Shown: positions 48,440-60,240 of the stretch, piece by piece
How the letters are laid out: each line of letters opens with the position of its first letter
How positions within the stretch are numbered: position 1 is the first letter of the stretch
Source: Asterias rubens
Lineage: Eukaryota
NCBI RefSeq assembly: GCF_902459465.1
Contig: NC_047064.1
Location: 10,565,160-10,629,159, forward strand
Direction of reading: 5' to 3'
Length of the DNA: 64,000 bases
The notes under the pieces: model-generated
The model's input: only the letters and a program-made list of their open reading frames with translations
What the model was told of the DNA's origin: nothing
Databases searched by the model: none
Program-made: the position numbers and the translations under genes

Positions 48440-48760
48440 CCCCATCCGATATCCCCACATTGTGAATAAATACATTCAGGTTGTGTCCTGACATTCCCTC
48501 CAATAGTGGCACTTCCTGGGTTTCCGGCTTTATAGCCCTAGATTACCACTTCCAGCCTATCCGTGTGTTCATCAAAGGAGCTGGAAAACACCAGGATATC
48601 GTCGAAAGATAGAAAGAGACGTCCATTGTTATGTTGAGATCGCCAAAAAAGACCTCCATCAGCCTATGGGAAATTGCTGGGCTGTTGCTTAGCCCAAATG
48701 GCATGCGGACGTAATCGTAATCTTACAGACGGTCGGTCATCTTTGTCTGTTTTTTTTTTA
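48440..48760 (-). pseudogene. Ty3/gypsy-type LTR-retrotransposon reverse-transcriptase fragment (frameshifted)
   Basis: Minus-strand translation MPFGLSNSPAISHRLMEVFFGDLN..., then, after a +1 frameshift, FDDILVFSSSFDEHTDRLEV. This is the classic PFGL.NAPA.FQRLM ... YLDDILVFS RT motif pair, with a frameshift between them. Confidence 0.8.
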
Positions 48761-49714
48761 TAGCCCGATGGTCTACGCAGAGGCGTGCTATCAATATTGT
48801 GTGTATAAGGGTCTGAGGAGCCTTGGTGTCTACGACGCTAAAGTAATTCTCCCTTTGGGAGACACTTCCGTATTTACCTTCCCAAAAGTTCCATCAGTTT
48901 CAGCTGTTCCTCCCGGATTTTTCCCCTCTTTGAGAGCAACTTTCTCTGATGGCTTTGATTTCACTTCCCTAACATCTTCCACATCAAGATTGATACAGCT
49001 GCTTGACTCAAGGACGGCATGCAGGACTCGATTCAAGTATTCGCTCATGGGGTACATTTGCCAATTAGGCTCTTTAGTCTTGAGCCACACGTCTGCTCTG
49101 CCCAAGTTTACCACCTTTGTCATAATTGATCCGTTGGGGAGTATGGGGATGATGTGCCCTGCTCAGATGTTGGGAATGTTTTTGATTGAAGGCCTTATCC
49201 AAGCCATTTGGTGCATTTTTTGTTGCCATGGTACTGGCTCATCTGAAGAAAAAAAACCTCAATTACACCTTTGTATCAATTTGATTGATGTATGGGATTT
49301 GAGGTTGCGTGTTTTGGTTTTGCGCTTACATATGGCACCCTTATTCCGGAAGGGGTAGCCCTCGGGAGTGGCGAACAACAAACAACAAACAACCAAACTC
49401 CGACCTTCCTGAGTAACTTTTTTTCGTGGTTTCAGGGAAAACTACTGAATTTAATTGCCTCATCTCGGCTTTCGGCCACAACAAAAAATCTTCCAAGCGC
49501 TGAGTCGATGGCATGTGCAGATCAGATAAAGTGCGCTTAAAAAAATGCTATATTATGTTTTAGGTTCGTAAAATCTGTTGTATTATTTTGTTTGCGGTGC
49601 CTCTCTTTGGGGTGGGGTTCGAGACCGGCTTCGGCTTTGTTGACAACATTGGTTATATTCAAAGATTTATTCACATTTTATGACCGATATAATTAAAATA
49701 GCAAGTCTGGGTAA

Positions 49715-49910
49715 ACTAAAGCCCAGTTCATACTTCATGCGAATGCGAATGCGAAGCGAAAATGACGTGAATTCGACGTCACACCCCTCCTTTCGCAGCG
49801 ATATTCGCAATTGAGTTGAGCAGAGTTGAACTTCTGCAAATTTTTCGTTGCGAAGTTGTGACGTCAACATTCGTATCGCATTCGCATTCGCAGGAAGTAT
49901 GAACCGGGCT
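49715..49910. mobile_element. MITE family 2 copy
   Basis: TIRs agcccagttcatacttcatgcgaatgcgaatgcgaa and ttcgcattcgcattcgcaggaagtatgaaccgggct, flanked by TAA on both sides. Confidence 0.8.
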
Positions 49911-50399
49911 TAAGGCTCAAGCGGTAATTGAAGGCACGAGAAAGGTGCGGAAAAAAACCGTATTTTTCCCTCTTGAGGACATCAGGTTTTTGGTCTCGTG
50001 AGATGTAAACTATTGTTTTTAGTTATTATATACAAAGTACGGCATGCAGGCACAAACCTGTCAAAGGGAAGTTTTCACCATGTCCAGCTTTGTATGTTAT
50101 AAAGGCAAATCTGGAGAAACATGCTTTTTCTTTCTCAATCTTATCTGAAACAATATCATTAGTGAAGATTGATTGCAACTTCATACTAATTAGAAGAAAA
50201 ACATAGCTAATTATATTCATCGAAATGTGTATATCATAATTATTCTTAAAAGTATGTTTAGACCGTTATAAGATATTGTTGTTTACTTCAGAATAGTTTT
50301 ATTCTGTTTAGTCAGAGAAAAAAAATAGCAAACATAAATCATTAAAGTAAACAAACACCCTTGAGTATGACAGTTACCTGTAATTTGTGATATAAATTT

Positions 50400-51370
50400 A
50401 GGCAAAATGGGCATACTGTATAGCAATGCAGACAAGTTGCCCAAGTTGGACTGATATGAATGTAGACAAGTTGTTAAAGTTTGGCAAATGTATAAATAGA
50501 CAAGCTGCCCAAGCTGGGCATATAATGTAGTAGACAAGTTGTCAAAGTGGGTCATATTGTAAATTTATATCAATGTCAAAATTTTCCAAGTGGGGGCATA
50601 TTATTATATCAGTGTAGTATTTTTTTCCATAGCTAGACAAGTTGCCCGAGTTAGTTAATATTATAAATGTAGACAAGTTGCCTAAGTTCGGCATATGATA
50701 TCAATGTGAGTATGACAGTTACCTGTAACTATTGATTATATCAATGTGGACAAAATAACTGCCGAAGTGGAGCAAATGATACCAATGTAGACACGTTGCC
50801 CTAGTGGGGCATACTAATAATTGTCAATGTAGCTAGACAAGTTGCCCAAATTTGGACGGATTATTAATGTAAACAAGTTGCCCAAGTTCGGCAAATTATT
50901 AATTTAGACAAGTTGCCCAAGTTCGGCATATGTATATCAATGTAGACAAAATAACTGCCAAGTCGGGCATTATAATTATCAGTGTGGACAAGTTTCCCAA
51001 TCGGGACGGTGTATCAATGTCGACAAATTGTCCAATTTAGTCAAAAGGCGTATGTCAATGTATAGACAAGTTGTCAAACTGGTGTATATGATATCAATGT
51101 GAGCAAGCTGCCCTAATTGGGCGTACTAAGTTGCCCAAGTTTGTCATTCCATGTAGACACGTTGCCCAAGCGGGGCAAATGTATATCAATGTCGACAAAT
51201 TGCCCGATTGGGGCACGCGATATCAATTTATACAAGTTTTCAAAGTTGGGCATTGTGTATCATAATGTAGACAATTTTGCCCAAGTTGGGCATGATGTAG
51301 ACAAGTTGGCCGATCTAGGTTGCTCAGTTGGTATATCTTTTCGGGCAAGTTGCACAAAGACTATACAGAT
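50400..51370. repeat. Satellite array with a 38-42-bp unit (GTAGACAAGTTGCCCAAGTTGGGCATATGATATCAAT), about 25 copies
   Basis: Imperfect tandem units of the consensus above lie in the PARP4-AGPS intergenic region. The array abuts the C9G14 homopolymer junction at 51424-51448. Confidence 0.9.
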
Positions 51371-52599
51371 CTGGGCAAATTGCCCAAGCGGGGTATATAT
51401 AATACTATCTTACTTGCGGGTAGACCCCCCCCCCGGGGGGGGGGGGGGCACAACCACATTGTTTACTCTACAGGCTATTTGATCAAACCTCTTATTTTTA
51501 ACATGCTGACTGTTTTATGTTTTAACTAAGTGTGAAGATTATTGTGTGTAGGGAAATAGCCTCTACATTCTTTAAGTTGACTCATTTATAATATTCTTGA
51601 CTAAAAGTTCCTGAACACTCAAACAGATTAATAAAGGATTTCACAAAACATAAGCAGTTATTTGATTTGCTCGAATGAGCGTCTACCAGAGACTGAGGTT
51701 AGTTGCTGGTTTTGAGGGAAATATCTGCCTGCATGACATTCAGAAATTCAGATCATCTTGATAACCATTTCACATTTCGTAAAGTCAGAGCGCCCTCGTG
51801 CGCACATTGAACGTGTAGCTATACAAAAGCAACCATGAGCAGTTGACTTTACATTAATTCATTTACCGGGATCATTCTTTTCTTGAAACATTGATGATTA
51901 TGTGCCCCCCCCCCCACCCCCCATTTCACTGCGAACTGTCGCAAGCTGAGAAGCCAGAGTTTTCATTTTGCGACCGGTTCAGTCGCACTGAGAAAAAAAT
52001 AATTAATTTTTCATCCTTGTTGTTCCGGACGGTTTATGGCCCGCTGGTAATTATGCCAGCGTCATTGTCGTTGTTGTTGATTTTATTCACATATTCTTAC
52101 ATCAATATTTTAGAGCCCCCCCCCCTTCAACCCCCGCCCCAACCTCACCACCTGTCTAGGGGGCGCCCCTGGTCATGTCACTACTTCTTTGACAAAAAGA
52201 ATCGTGTATGGCGTGATGCGAAATTTACCTAGAGCTACACTAGTCCTTTTAATAAAGCATTACATAAAATATTTTGTGTATAATTTTTAACTGATGTATT
52301 TTTGATATTAGATAGCTTTTATCAATTTTTTTTAAATCATAAAAAGAGTACGTTTTAATTTTTCTAAATTTATGCAATGAAGAAAATATAATGAATTAGA
52401 TTGGTAAGTGTGGAAGTTTGCCCTTGTGCGACTTATGCAAGTTTATTAAAACAAGGCCATTCACATAACACACGTTGTCGTTGTTGACGTTGTGTGAATG
52501 TAGTTTGCACATCGGAGAGAGCGAGAGTCCAGGGCTGCCTGTAGTTTTATTAATATTACCGACTTTCCTGATCAAGATCATCGTCTGACTTGGGAAAAT

Positions 52600-52758
52600 A
52601 TGGCTGCTAGGGAGCGTACCAATGTGATCCTGGGGCACCTCAAGCCTCAGTTTGACTCAAGCAAAGACAAAACTACAGCGCTAAGTAGTGACTTCGCGTG
52701 CCGGTCTGGGAGTGGCGCAAGCAGCAATTGTGATACGGGGAAACGAGGCGATGAGACG
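52600..52758 (+). CDS. AGPS: AGPS (alkylglycerone-phosphate synthase) exon 1 with start codon
   Basis: The start ATG is in Kozak context aaaatATGG. Translation MAARERTNVILGHLKPQFDSSKDKTTALSSDFACRSGSGASSNCDTGKRGDET. The segment RTNVILGHL matches human AGPS RRLRVLSGHLLGRP. Donor is GTAGGT. Confidence 0.7.
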
Positions 52759-52845
52759 GTAGGTACTGGCATGGACAATGACCATGATGATGGTGACAAA
52801 ACATGCCTAACATTTAACTAAAACATAACAAACACACTGTTCATC

Positions 52846-52975
52846 ATCTGGAAAAGTTTCCGTATGGCGCCACCACTTTTTCATTCGATATAAAATAATA
52901 TAGGAACTTATTTACCTGATTGATATATCCCTTTTTGTAAACATGAGTGAAAAAGTGGTGGCGCCATACGGAAAG
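52846..52975. repeat. Small hairpin element in AGPS intron 1 (28-bp arms)
   Basis: Left arm tttccgtatggcgccaccactttttcat and right arm atgagtgaaaaagtggtggcgccatacggaaa. Confidence 0.7.
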
Positions 52976-53865
52976 TTATCCCATTATCTTCTGCATGCCA
53001 CTGCTAGCTGGGGAAAACTTTTCGCCTGCCACAACTTGTTCGTTCATTTTTTAACAAGGAATATGTGGATGTCTCTTTTGTTTGACTTGTCACTTTGTGA
53101 GTAAATAAATTAGAATAGCATGAATAGTGGAACTACTACGTACTGTTAATTTTTTTCATAACCAAAAAACTGTTGTGGCAGGGGATACATAAACCTTTCC
53201 TACGCTGGACTCCCCTGGCCTCTGCTTCTTGGCCCTTTATAGGCTATGGCTACACTACTTCACTTGCACTTTGAACTGATTTTGATCCGCTGTCGTCTGG
53301 GTTGTTCTAAAAAACCCTCGTCCACCACGACCCCTTGCCGTCCGCGCTGTATTTGAAGTGTGTCCCAATTGCGAATTCATTAACACAGGATGGGAGCGAT
53401 CAGCCGGATATCTGCCTGTTTGAGTTCATGGAGTTGGCCATGTAATCATACTCGGGCGGTAAACCCAGGTTCCCTGTTGGGATATAATCTTTATACAGGC
53501 TCGGGTCGACCAAGAGATACGCGTGGTAATGCCGCAATTTTTTTTCTTCTGTCAATTGTACGTCAAAATTGCCACAGGACCCGATCTCAGCCAATCACGC
53601 GCAGTTTGCTTCGTGGTATACCACGTGTGTATGGTGTGTCTCGTACGCTTAGCTGTGATGGCGAGGCATGGTAGAAGTATAGTCGACGTCGACATATAAT
53701 ATTGTGTGCGTGATTGGCTGATTTTTATAAACATGTATGTTTTTTGTTGGAGGGGTCTGGGAGGGCACATCGCTTTGATGACAGTTTTTAAAACTTTTGC
53801 CTTGCCCTGGACGGCCCCTGCCAACAAAGAATGATGTCCGTAGATTTAAAATAAATAAAATAATG

Positions 53866-53950
53866 TGAACTGTGGCAATTTGGGTGTACAGAAAAGAAAA
53901 TAGCACAAAAGTCGAGGTTCGTGGGTCGAGGGGGTTTTAGAACAACCCCT
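53866..53950 (+). repeat. Left member of an inverted repeat pair flanking AGPS exons 2-3
   Basis: The sequence gtggcaatttgggtgtacagaaaagaaaatagcacaaaagtcgaggttcgtgggtcgagggggttttagaacaacc is the reverse complement of 55425-55512. A related fragment lies at 53270-53320. Confidence 0.8.
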
Positions 53951-54794
53951 GTCGTCTCCAGGTAACTACCCTAGAACTATGATTATGACGTTCGTTCGCA
54001 AACGGCTCTGTTGCGATAGCGGAACAAGCCTCATAGTTCTAGGGGTAGTCTCCCGGAACCTCGTTGATGTAGATAAGGCGCCTTATAGTTTCTAGTGTAG
54101 GTCACCATGTACAAACTACTGTTGCCAGTCACAATTAAAAGTTCAATTTTTTAAGAAACCGAATCTCACCAATATTATATAGATGGGCTCTACATATGTC
54201 AATCTGTGTTCTTTGTACTTTCATTAAGCTCACGATGGGTCCGGAAAACAATTTGCTAGAAGTGATTAAACATTCAGAATCTTCAACATCCAGCTTAACA
54301 ATATGGCCGTCGCCGAATAATGGTGGGAATTTATCATTTATTGCAACTTTTCTTTTTTTAGTGGATTTTATGGACCAATGCTGAGCTAACTGTGGAGTCG
54401 TGTGTCAGCTGGTTGTAGAGTTTGTTGGCTCTAATCTTGCTTCCTGATCAATTTGTCTTTGTATTCAATTCCAAAAGAAAGGATTCAGAATTATTTTATA
54501 TAAATATTCTTTTAACGCCTCAAAAAAATGGTGAGGTTACTAAACTTGCTGCCGTACCTTGCCAGAATCAATTGGAAGAGCACCTTCTTTTTATACCAAA
54601 CAATCTGGGATCCTTGATGAGGGTTACACAACACCACCTTACAATAGTGCTTTATGTTCGATAACAAGGACAGAGCAGTTATGGTTTTATAATGGTGTTT
54701 CTCAAGGACTCATTCCACCCTTGGTTTTATACCACTAGACAACTCAGCAAGACACCTAATGATGTGATATTTTGTTGAATCTAATTTCTTGTAG

Positions 54795-54877
54795 GTTACA
54801 ACTCAAGGTCCCATACAGCTAAATGAATGCAGTGCCAGCTCGGTACAAGAGAAGAGAGTTCGCATTCCCAAACGAAG
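54795..54877 (+). CDS. AGPS: AGPS exon 2
   Basis: Translation VTTQGPIQLNECSASSVQEKRVRIPKR. The segment IPKRRQEV matches human IPKKRQEV across the exon junction. Acceptor is tcttgtag and donor is GTAACA. Confidence 0.75.
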
Positions 54878-55277
54878 GTAACAATTATGAAGTTTATAAA
54901 TTTGCTAACAAATAACCTATGTCTGGTTCGTCATAGAGGGTTAACACTATCCAGGCAGATTGAGTACAAACCTGTCTTGGTCAAATAAAAAGAGTTGGCA
55001 TTTTAAACTGCTCTGGGTTCGATTTCACAAAGCAATAAAATCCGTCGTAAGACAAATTGTCAGTTTTACCATAGTGATTTGTATTGTGTGACATCACGCC
55101 ATAACCAGAGTTCCAAAGTTTGGGTGTTGAGTTACCAATCAGTGGATTTTGTGAAGAGTGAGGAAGGATCCCAGTAAATAACCCGTGGGGGTAAGGGGTT
55201 AACCATGTCTTTTACTTGGCTACGTGTAATTAACAATAACATGATTTAAGATTTGCTGAAATACTTGTTGTATACAG

Positions 55278-55367
55278 GCAGGAGGTATTAAAGTGGAATG
55301 GATGGGGTTATAGAGATTCAAAGTTTGAGATTGACGACGCCAGTAACTTCTCTTTCACTGGAAGCAG
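55278..55367 (+). CDS. AGPS: AGPS exon 3
   Basis: Translation (R)QEVLKWNGWGYRDSKFEIDDASNFSFTGS is almost identical to human QEVMKWNGWGYNDSKF. Acceptor is tatacag and donor is GTAAGT. Confidence 0.95.
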
Positions 55368-55424
55368 GTAAGTATTATATTTGTTCATATATGTGTTCAT
55401 GAATTAAAAACCTGGCAAAACAAC

Positions 55425-55512
55425 TGAGACACAGTTGTTCTAAAACCCCCTCGACCCACGAACCTCGACTTTTGTGCAATTTTCTTTTCTGTACACCCAA
55501 ATTGCCACAATT
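55425..55512 (-). repeat. Right member of the inverted repeat pair flanking AGPS exons 2-3
   Basis: The sequence ggttgttctaaaaccccctcgacccacgaacctcgacttttgtgcaattttcttttctgtacacccaaattgccac begins about 58 nt after the AGPS exon 3 donor. Confidence 0.8.
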
Positions 55513-56252
55513 TGTTTTTAATGTTACAGCAGTTTGAAAAAATCCATTCAACTTCAACCGCGTTTCTCTCTGAATGTAGTTTCTTGTCTGTTGAGCACCA
55601 TATGTCATTGTGTGAAAATGGTGACTGTCTGTGACTAGTTTCACTATTTATTTTAAAATGAAGTTGTGTTTGCATTAGATCTACAGACATAAACCAGATA
55701 TGGGAACAATTCCTGTTTGTAATGCTGTCTATTCCCATTTTCCTACATGAGCTCTGAAACTGTTGTTTTGGCAGAAGTAAAAGAGAATGTAGTGACTGCT
55801 CCTTTAAAGCAGTCAACCAATCAACACAGACCAGAGAAAAGTGACTGGTAGCTACAGGGAGTGTATGTGTATATAGTTTTTGCTGGTTTTGTAAACATGT
55901 GTGTTATGACGGCAGCCATAGTTTTTTTCTGTCGCAGTCTGACATGTGAAAAACCCAAACCAAAAGTTTAGCTTCATTGTTGCGTTTTACTAGCAGTTAT
56001 CTTCAACAGTTACAAGTTCATAATTTCGTCGTTTATTGTCATTGTTACGTCAACTCTGTGTACGTCTATTTTGTTTGTCTGAACACACGGAGAAACCGAA
56101 ACTTTCCCGAAATATAAACGTGCTTCAGTCCTGTTCCAGCGCCAAGAGGAAAAGTTCGTTCTTCAGATAGTGACAGTGCGGGTGAGTCATAAAGTAGTCA
56201 ATCTCTAACAACCATAATTACAACAAGTACATGCACTCTTTATTCGTTTTAG

Positions 56253-56340
56253 GTACAAAATTGCTGGTGAATTGCCGCACTTTAAAGCATGGATAGAATC
56301 AATAGAGGGAATAAATATCGACATGAAAGTAGATCCACAG
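56253..56340 (+). CDS. AGPS: AGPS exon 4
   Basis: Translation (R)YKIAGELPHFKAWIESIEGINIDMKVDPQ matches human [29 protein letters not shown]. Acceptor is cgttttag and donor is GTGAGG. Confidence 0.9.
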
Positions 56341-56354
56341 GTGAGGCTTAAAGC

Positions 56355-56515
56355 AAATATAAAGCCAGGTTCATACTTCGCTGCAGGTTTTCGCTGCTAC
56401 ATTCGCAAGAGAGTTGAGCACAGCTCAAATCCTGCGAATTATTCATTGCAAATTTATGACCTCAACATTCTTTATCGCCTTCGCAGGAAGTATGAACCGG
56501 GCTTTATGCTTCCCA
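56355..56515. mobile_element. MITE family 2 copy (shorter) in AGPS intron 4
   Basis: TIRs agccaggttcatacttcgctgcag and cgcaggaagtatgaaccgggct, flanked by TAA and TTA. It starts 15 nt after the AGPS exon 4 donor. Confidence 0.75.
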
Positions 56516-58854
56516 CTTTAGTTTGATTTTAGATTTGTTTGCACTTGCAGGGTTTGCCCTTAAATTTGTTAATGACAAGTCAGCAGGACCAGTGTTGTTG
56601 ACTCGAGTCGCTTACTTGGACTCGAGTTGCCAATTTCATTGTCTTGCAACTTGACTTGACTTGGGAAAAAATAACTTGTAACTTGCATTGACGTTGGTCG
56701 GGAAAGAAATGACATGTGTCTTGACTTGACTTGAGGGAATTTGACTTGAGGCTTGACTTGACTTGCACAAAAGTTAATTGAGAGTTTAAGAATTGACTCG
56801 AATAAGTTTGACTTTACGACAATGCAATTATTGTTTAAAATGGATGTGGTAAAATTTAGTCTTTGGCGATTATGTCGCCCTGACATTCCAATTTTTTCAA
56901 GGGCTTTTGTCATAAGGCTGATCATTTAATCTTCACAGATATTGAGACCAAGGGTGCATGATTTATGGGTTGAATTTATTATTAGTAAATTGTCTTTTTA
57001 CAGGGTTTGTAGATTGTAAAACTGAAAAAGGTTACGTCTGATTTTAACCCCCTCCCCCCTAGTGCACAGTTGGTAACAATTGTGGGAATGTTTAATTTTT
57101 GAACCACGCTAAATTGTTCAATAGACTGTATTGAATATGACATCACCGTTCAAATATCTGCCCTACAAAATGGCGTCTGTGAGCGTGTGCATGTGTGTGT
57201 GCGTTTGTGTGTGCGTGCTTGTGCCATTGAAACCAAACCAGGAATGCTGTGTGCTGCGTGTTTCTTTGATGTACACGTTTAGACGCGCATATGGTTTGCC
57301 CTACAAGATGGCGTCTTAAAGATACATGGTCTATTGAAGATACATTTACCAGCCTGGAATAGTACACAAAATGTATTTTTTAAAGATGTCTGACAGTTTC
57401 ACACTTTGGAAGTCGGACTGTCAGATCAAAGTGCAATAATCGTCACTTTGTGTGCTCTGAGGTCAAAGTATTATCTGTTTGTCAAAAGGATTGATAAATT
57501 TGTTGTCATCTGTAAACATGTAGATTGCATTGATCAGACAATGGCTGTTTTGCATGTACGTAACTGTAACAAAGCGGCACTTGGGAAATCTCATTGATTA
57601 CGGAGCAAACCAGATAGCATCTCTCATTCAGTGGGGTGATTTACTGCGGTCAAAGTCCTACAGGAACATGTCTAGAGAATTATGAGGCTGTCAAGTTCTG
57701 TAACTGTGAAGGAAGTCTTAATTTCTGTCAAAAAGTGGAATTCCTTTAGCGTCACCTGTCCTAAAGCCATTAGACACTGTCGGTAAACAGATTGTCCAAA
57801 GGCCCACACTCTATGTATCACATGACAACTTATATAAAATAACAAACCTGTGAAAATTAAGGCTCAATCGGTCATCAGAGTCGGGAGAAAATAACGGGAA
57901 AACCCACCCTTGTTTCCGCACGTTTCGCCGCGTCATGACATGTGTTTAAAATAAATCCGTAATTCTCGATATCGAGGATTGATAATTGTTTTAATGTTTT
58001 CACAAAAAGTAAAGCATTTCATGCATCTGTGAACCCTTTTTTGTCTGTTCCGAAAGTGTCCAATCGCTTTAAAATGTACAATGGCTGATGATGGGTTAGG
58101 GTGTATATCATGATCATATATATATGTAGGTAAAGACTGAATGGTTACGTTTGTAGAGTAATTTTTTAGCTGTTCTAGGCCCAATTTCATGGAGCTGCTT
58201 AACAGTAAGCTGCACACTAACAACGTATTGCAATGATGTTGCACTTTGCGCTGTGCTTAAACACTGTGCTTAGAAGAAAATTGGGGTTTGAAGAACCCTC
58301 TTCGCTTGCTTATAACCGCTTAAAGCAAAAAAACCTGGGTGAAACAAGGCCATGAATGAAAATTGTGATTGGGTAACATTGTCGGTCAGAGTCCAAGTGT
58401 GACTCACACAGTAAATGCTGATAGGGCTCCACTTGCATTATTATCCCACAACTTCGACGACCACTTGAGTTCAAATTTTCACAGGTTTGTTATATTTTGT
58501 GCATGTTGAGACGCACCAAGTGAGGAGACTGGTCTTTGACAATTACCAAAGGTGTCCAGTGTCTTGAAGAGACTTTTTTGTCGTTGTTTGGTGATACGAT
58601 TGAGACCTTGATGCGCATAAAAACATTAACAGATAATATATCAAACGCACATTTTAGAGCTTGAATATGAGGTGATTAGAAATAATTTACCAAAACTGAA
58701 ACTCCTAAAAAATTGTGATTTAAAATCTTAATAGATGTTAAATTTGCATCGGGGATAAAACCAAAATTAATATTCTTTATCCCCGATGCAAATTTAACAT
58801 CTATTATATCGTTGCGGTACCCGCTGCCAAAACATAGGATTCGAACTGCCTCTA

Positions 58855-58945
58855 GCTGCCGGGCAACCTCGGTAGTCTAGTTGGTAAGACACTGCTCTAG
58901 AATTGCAACGGTCGTGGGTTCGAATCCCACCCGAGTAACATGCCT
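58855..58945 (+). other. tRNA-derived SINE-like segment
   Basis: The segment has a perfect T arm GTGGGTTCGAATCCCAC and a D arm GTCTAGTTGGTAAGAC, but no canonical anticodon stem. A similar segment lies at 9995-10100, and a weaker one at 2830-2905. Confidence 0.4.
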
Positions 58946-59424
58946 GTGATATTTTTTCACAGGACTCGGGAAGTACTGAGTATACAGTGCTAACACACAT
59001 CGATTTAGTTTTTTTAGATGTATCTTAAGAATTTATTTATCAGCGAGTTGATAATACTGTAAAAAAAAATTGATCAGATTAAACAGAATCAACATTATTT
59101 AACTCAATTAAATCCATTGTTTACTTCCATATTACCAGAAAAGTGCTTACACAATACAAAGTGTTAGTGTTTGGTAATTTATACATTGCGTAAAAAGATA
59201 AGTGATTAGTTTGTTTATAGGATTAACTTCAGGTTATAACATCATTCAGGATGACAACATTTCATAACTTCAATCAATTAATGGGTATCAAAAGTTGGTG
59301 TTGCAAAATAGTTCAAAGAAAAAAGGGGAACACTTTGCATTTGTCATGTTAGCAGCTTTTTCAATGGCTCTAAGTTTTGTTGAGTGGGTCTACATACATT
59401 GTACCTGAAACCACCAAAAATGTG

Positions 59425-60170
59425 TTCAAATGAAGGACACAAAACATAATGTTCACAGATTTACATTAAACTTACACAGTTTGAATATAATAAATGGTAG
59501 AGGTGCTGAGGTGCTGTAGTTCTTGAGAAATGAGTAAAACAAGCCACGCAAATAAATTGTTGTCTTGGTGAAACGCAAATTATTTTAGCATGTAAAAATG
59601 TATTTACCTGTTGCAAAACGTTTTACATGCTAAAACTGAGATGAAAATTGTTTTTCGTGACATTGTTTTACTCATTTCTCAAAAACTACAACAGCTCGGC
59701 AAGTAATATTTTCAGGGAAGCTTTCTGCTATCATTATCTTTAAACTGGGTAAGTTTAATGTAAATCTGTGTAAAGTTTTTGTTGTGCTAAAAGTACCCAA
59801 ATCCTTTAAAGGATTTTGGTACTTTTTGTAACACAAAACACATTGTCCACAGATTTACATCAAACTTACACCGTTTGAAGATAATGATAGCAGTTGCTGA
59901 GGTGCTGTAGTTTTTGAGAAGTGAGTAAAACAATGTCATGAAAATACGTTTTTACATGCTAAAATAATTTTCGTCTCATGATCACTGAGACGAAAAATAT
60001 TTTCATGACATTGTTTTACTCATTTCTCAAAAACTACAGCACTTCAGCAAGTAATATTTTCAGGGAAGCTTTCTAACATCATTATCTTTAAACTGTGTAT
60101 TAAGTTTAATGTAAGTCTGTGGACAATGTGTTTATTGTTCAACAAAAGTATGTATATCCTTTAAAGACAC
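59425..60170. mobile_element. Two tandem long-TIR hairpin MITEs (family 5) sharing one TTAA
   Basis: Each copy is about 350 bp with roughly 90-bp TIRs (aaaggattttggtactttttgtaacacaaaacacattgtccacagatttacat... and its complement). The junction at 59800-59812 is the perfect palindrome aaaagtacccaaatccTTTAAaggattttggtactttt. A half copy lies at 27440-27670. Confidence 0.7.
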
Positions 60171-60240
60171 TGGACACAATTTGTATTTGTCAAAGACCAG
60201 TCTTCTCACTTTAAAATAACAAACCTGTGAAAATTTGAGA
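60163..60240 (+). mobile_element. MITE family 1 fragment abutting the family-5 pair
   Basis: The 5' TIR ctttaaagacactggacacaatttgtatttgtcaaagaccagtcttctcac is fused to the internal piece aaataacaaacctgtgaaaatttgag. Confidence 0.6.

Noticed and set aside
48768-49358. 196-aa plus-strand ORF
   Set aside because: It has no recognisable domain and lies next to and partly within a degenerate gypsy element on the other strand. Its amino-acid composition is not gene-like and it has no splice or start context. It is most likely a chance or TE-derived ORF.
55397-55816. 139-aa minus-strand ORF
   Set aside because: It is antisense to AGPS exon 3 and flanking intron, includes the inverted repeat arm, and has no domain similarity.
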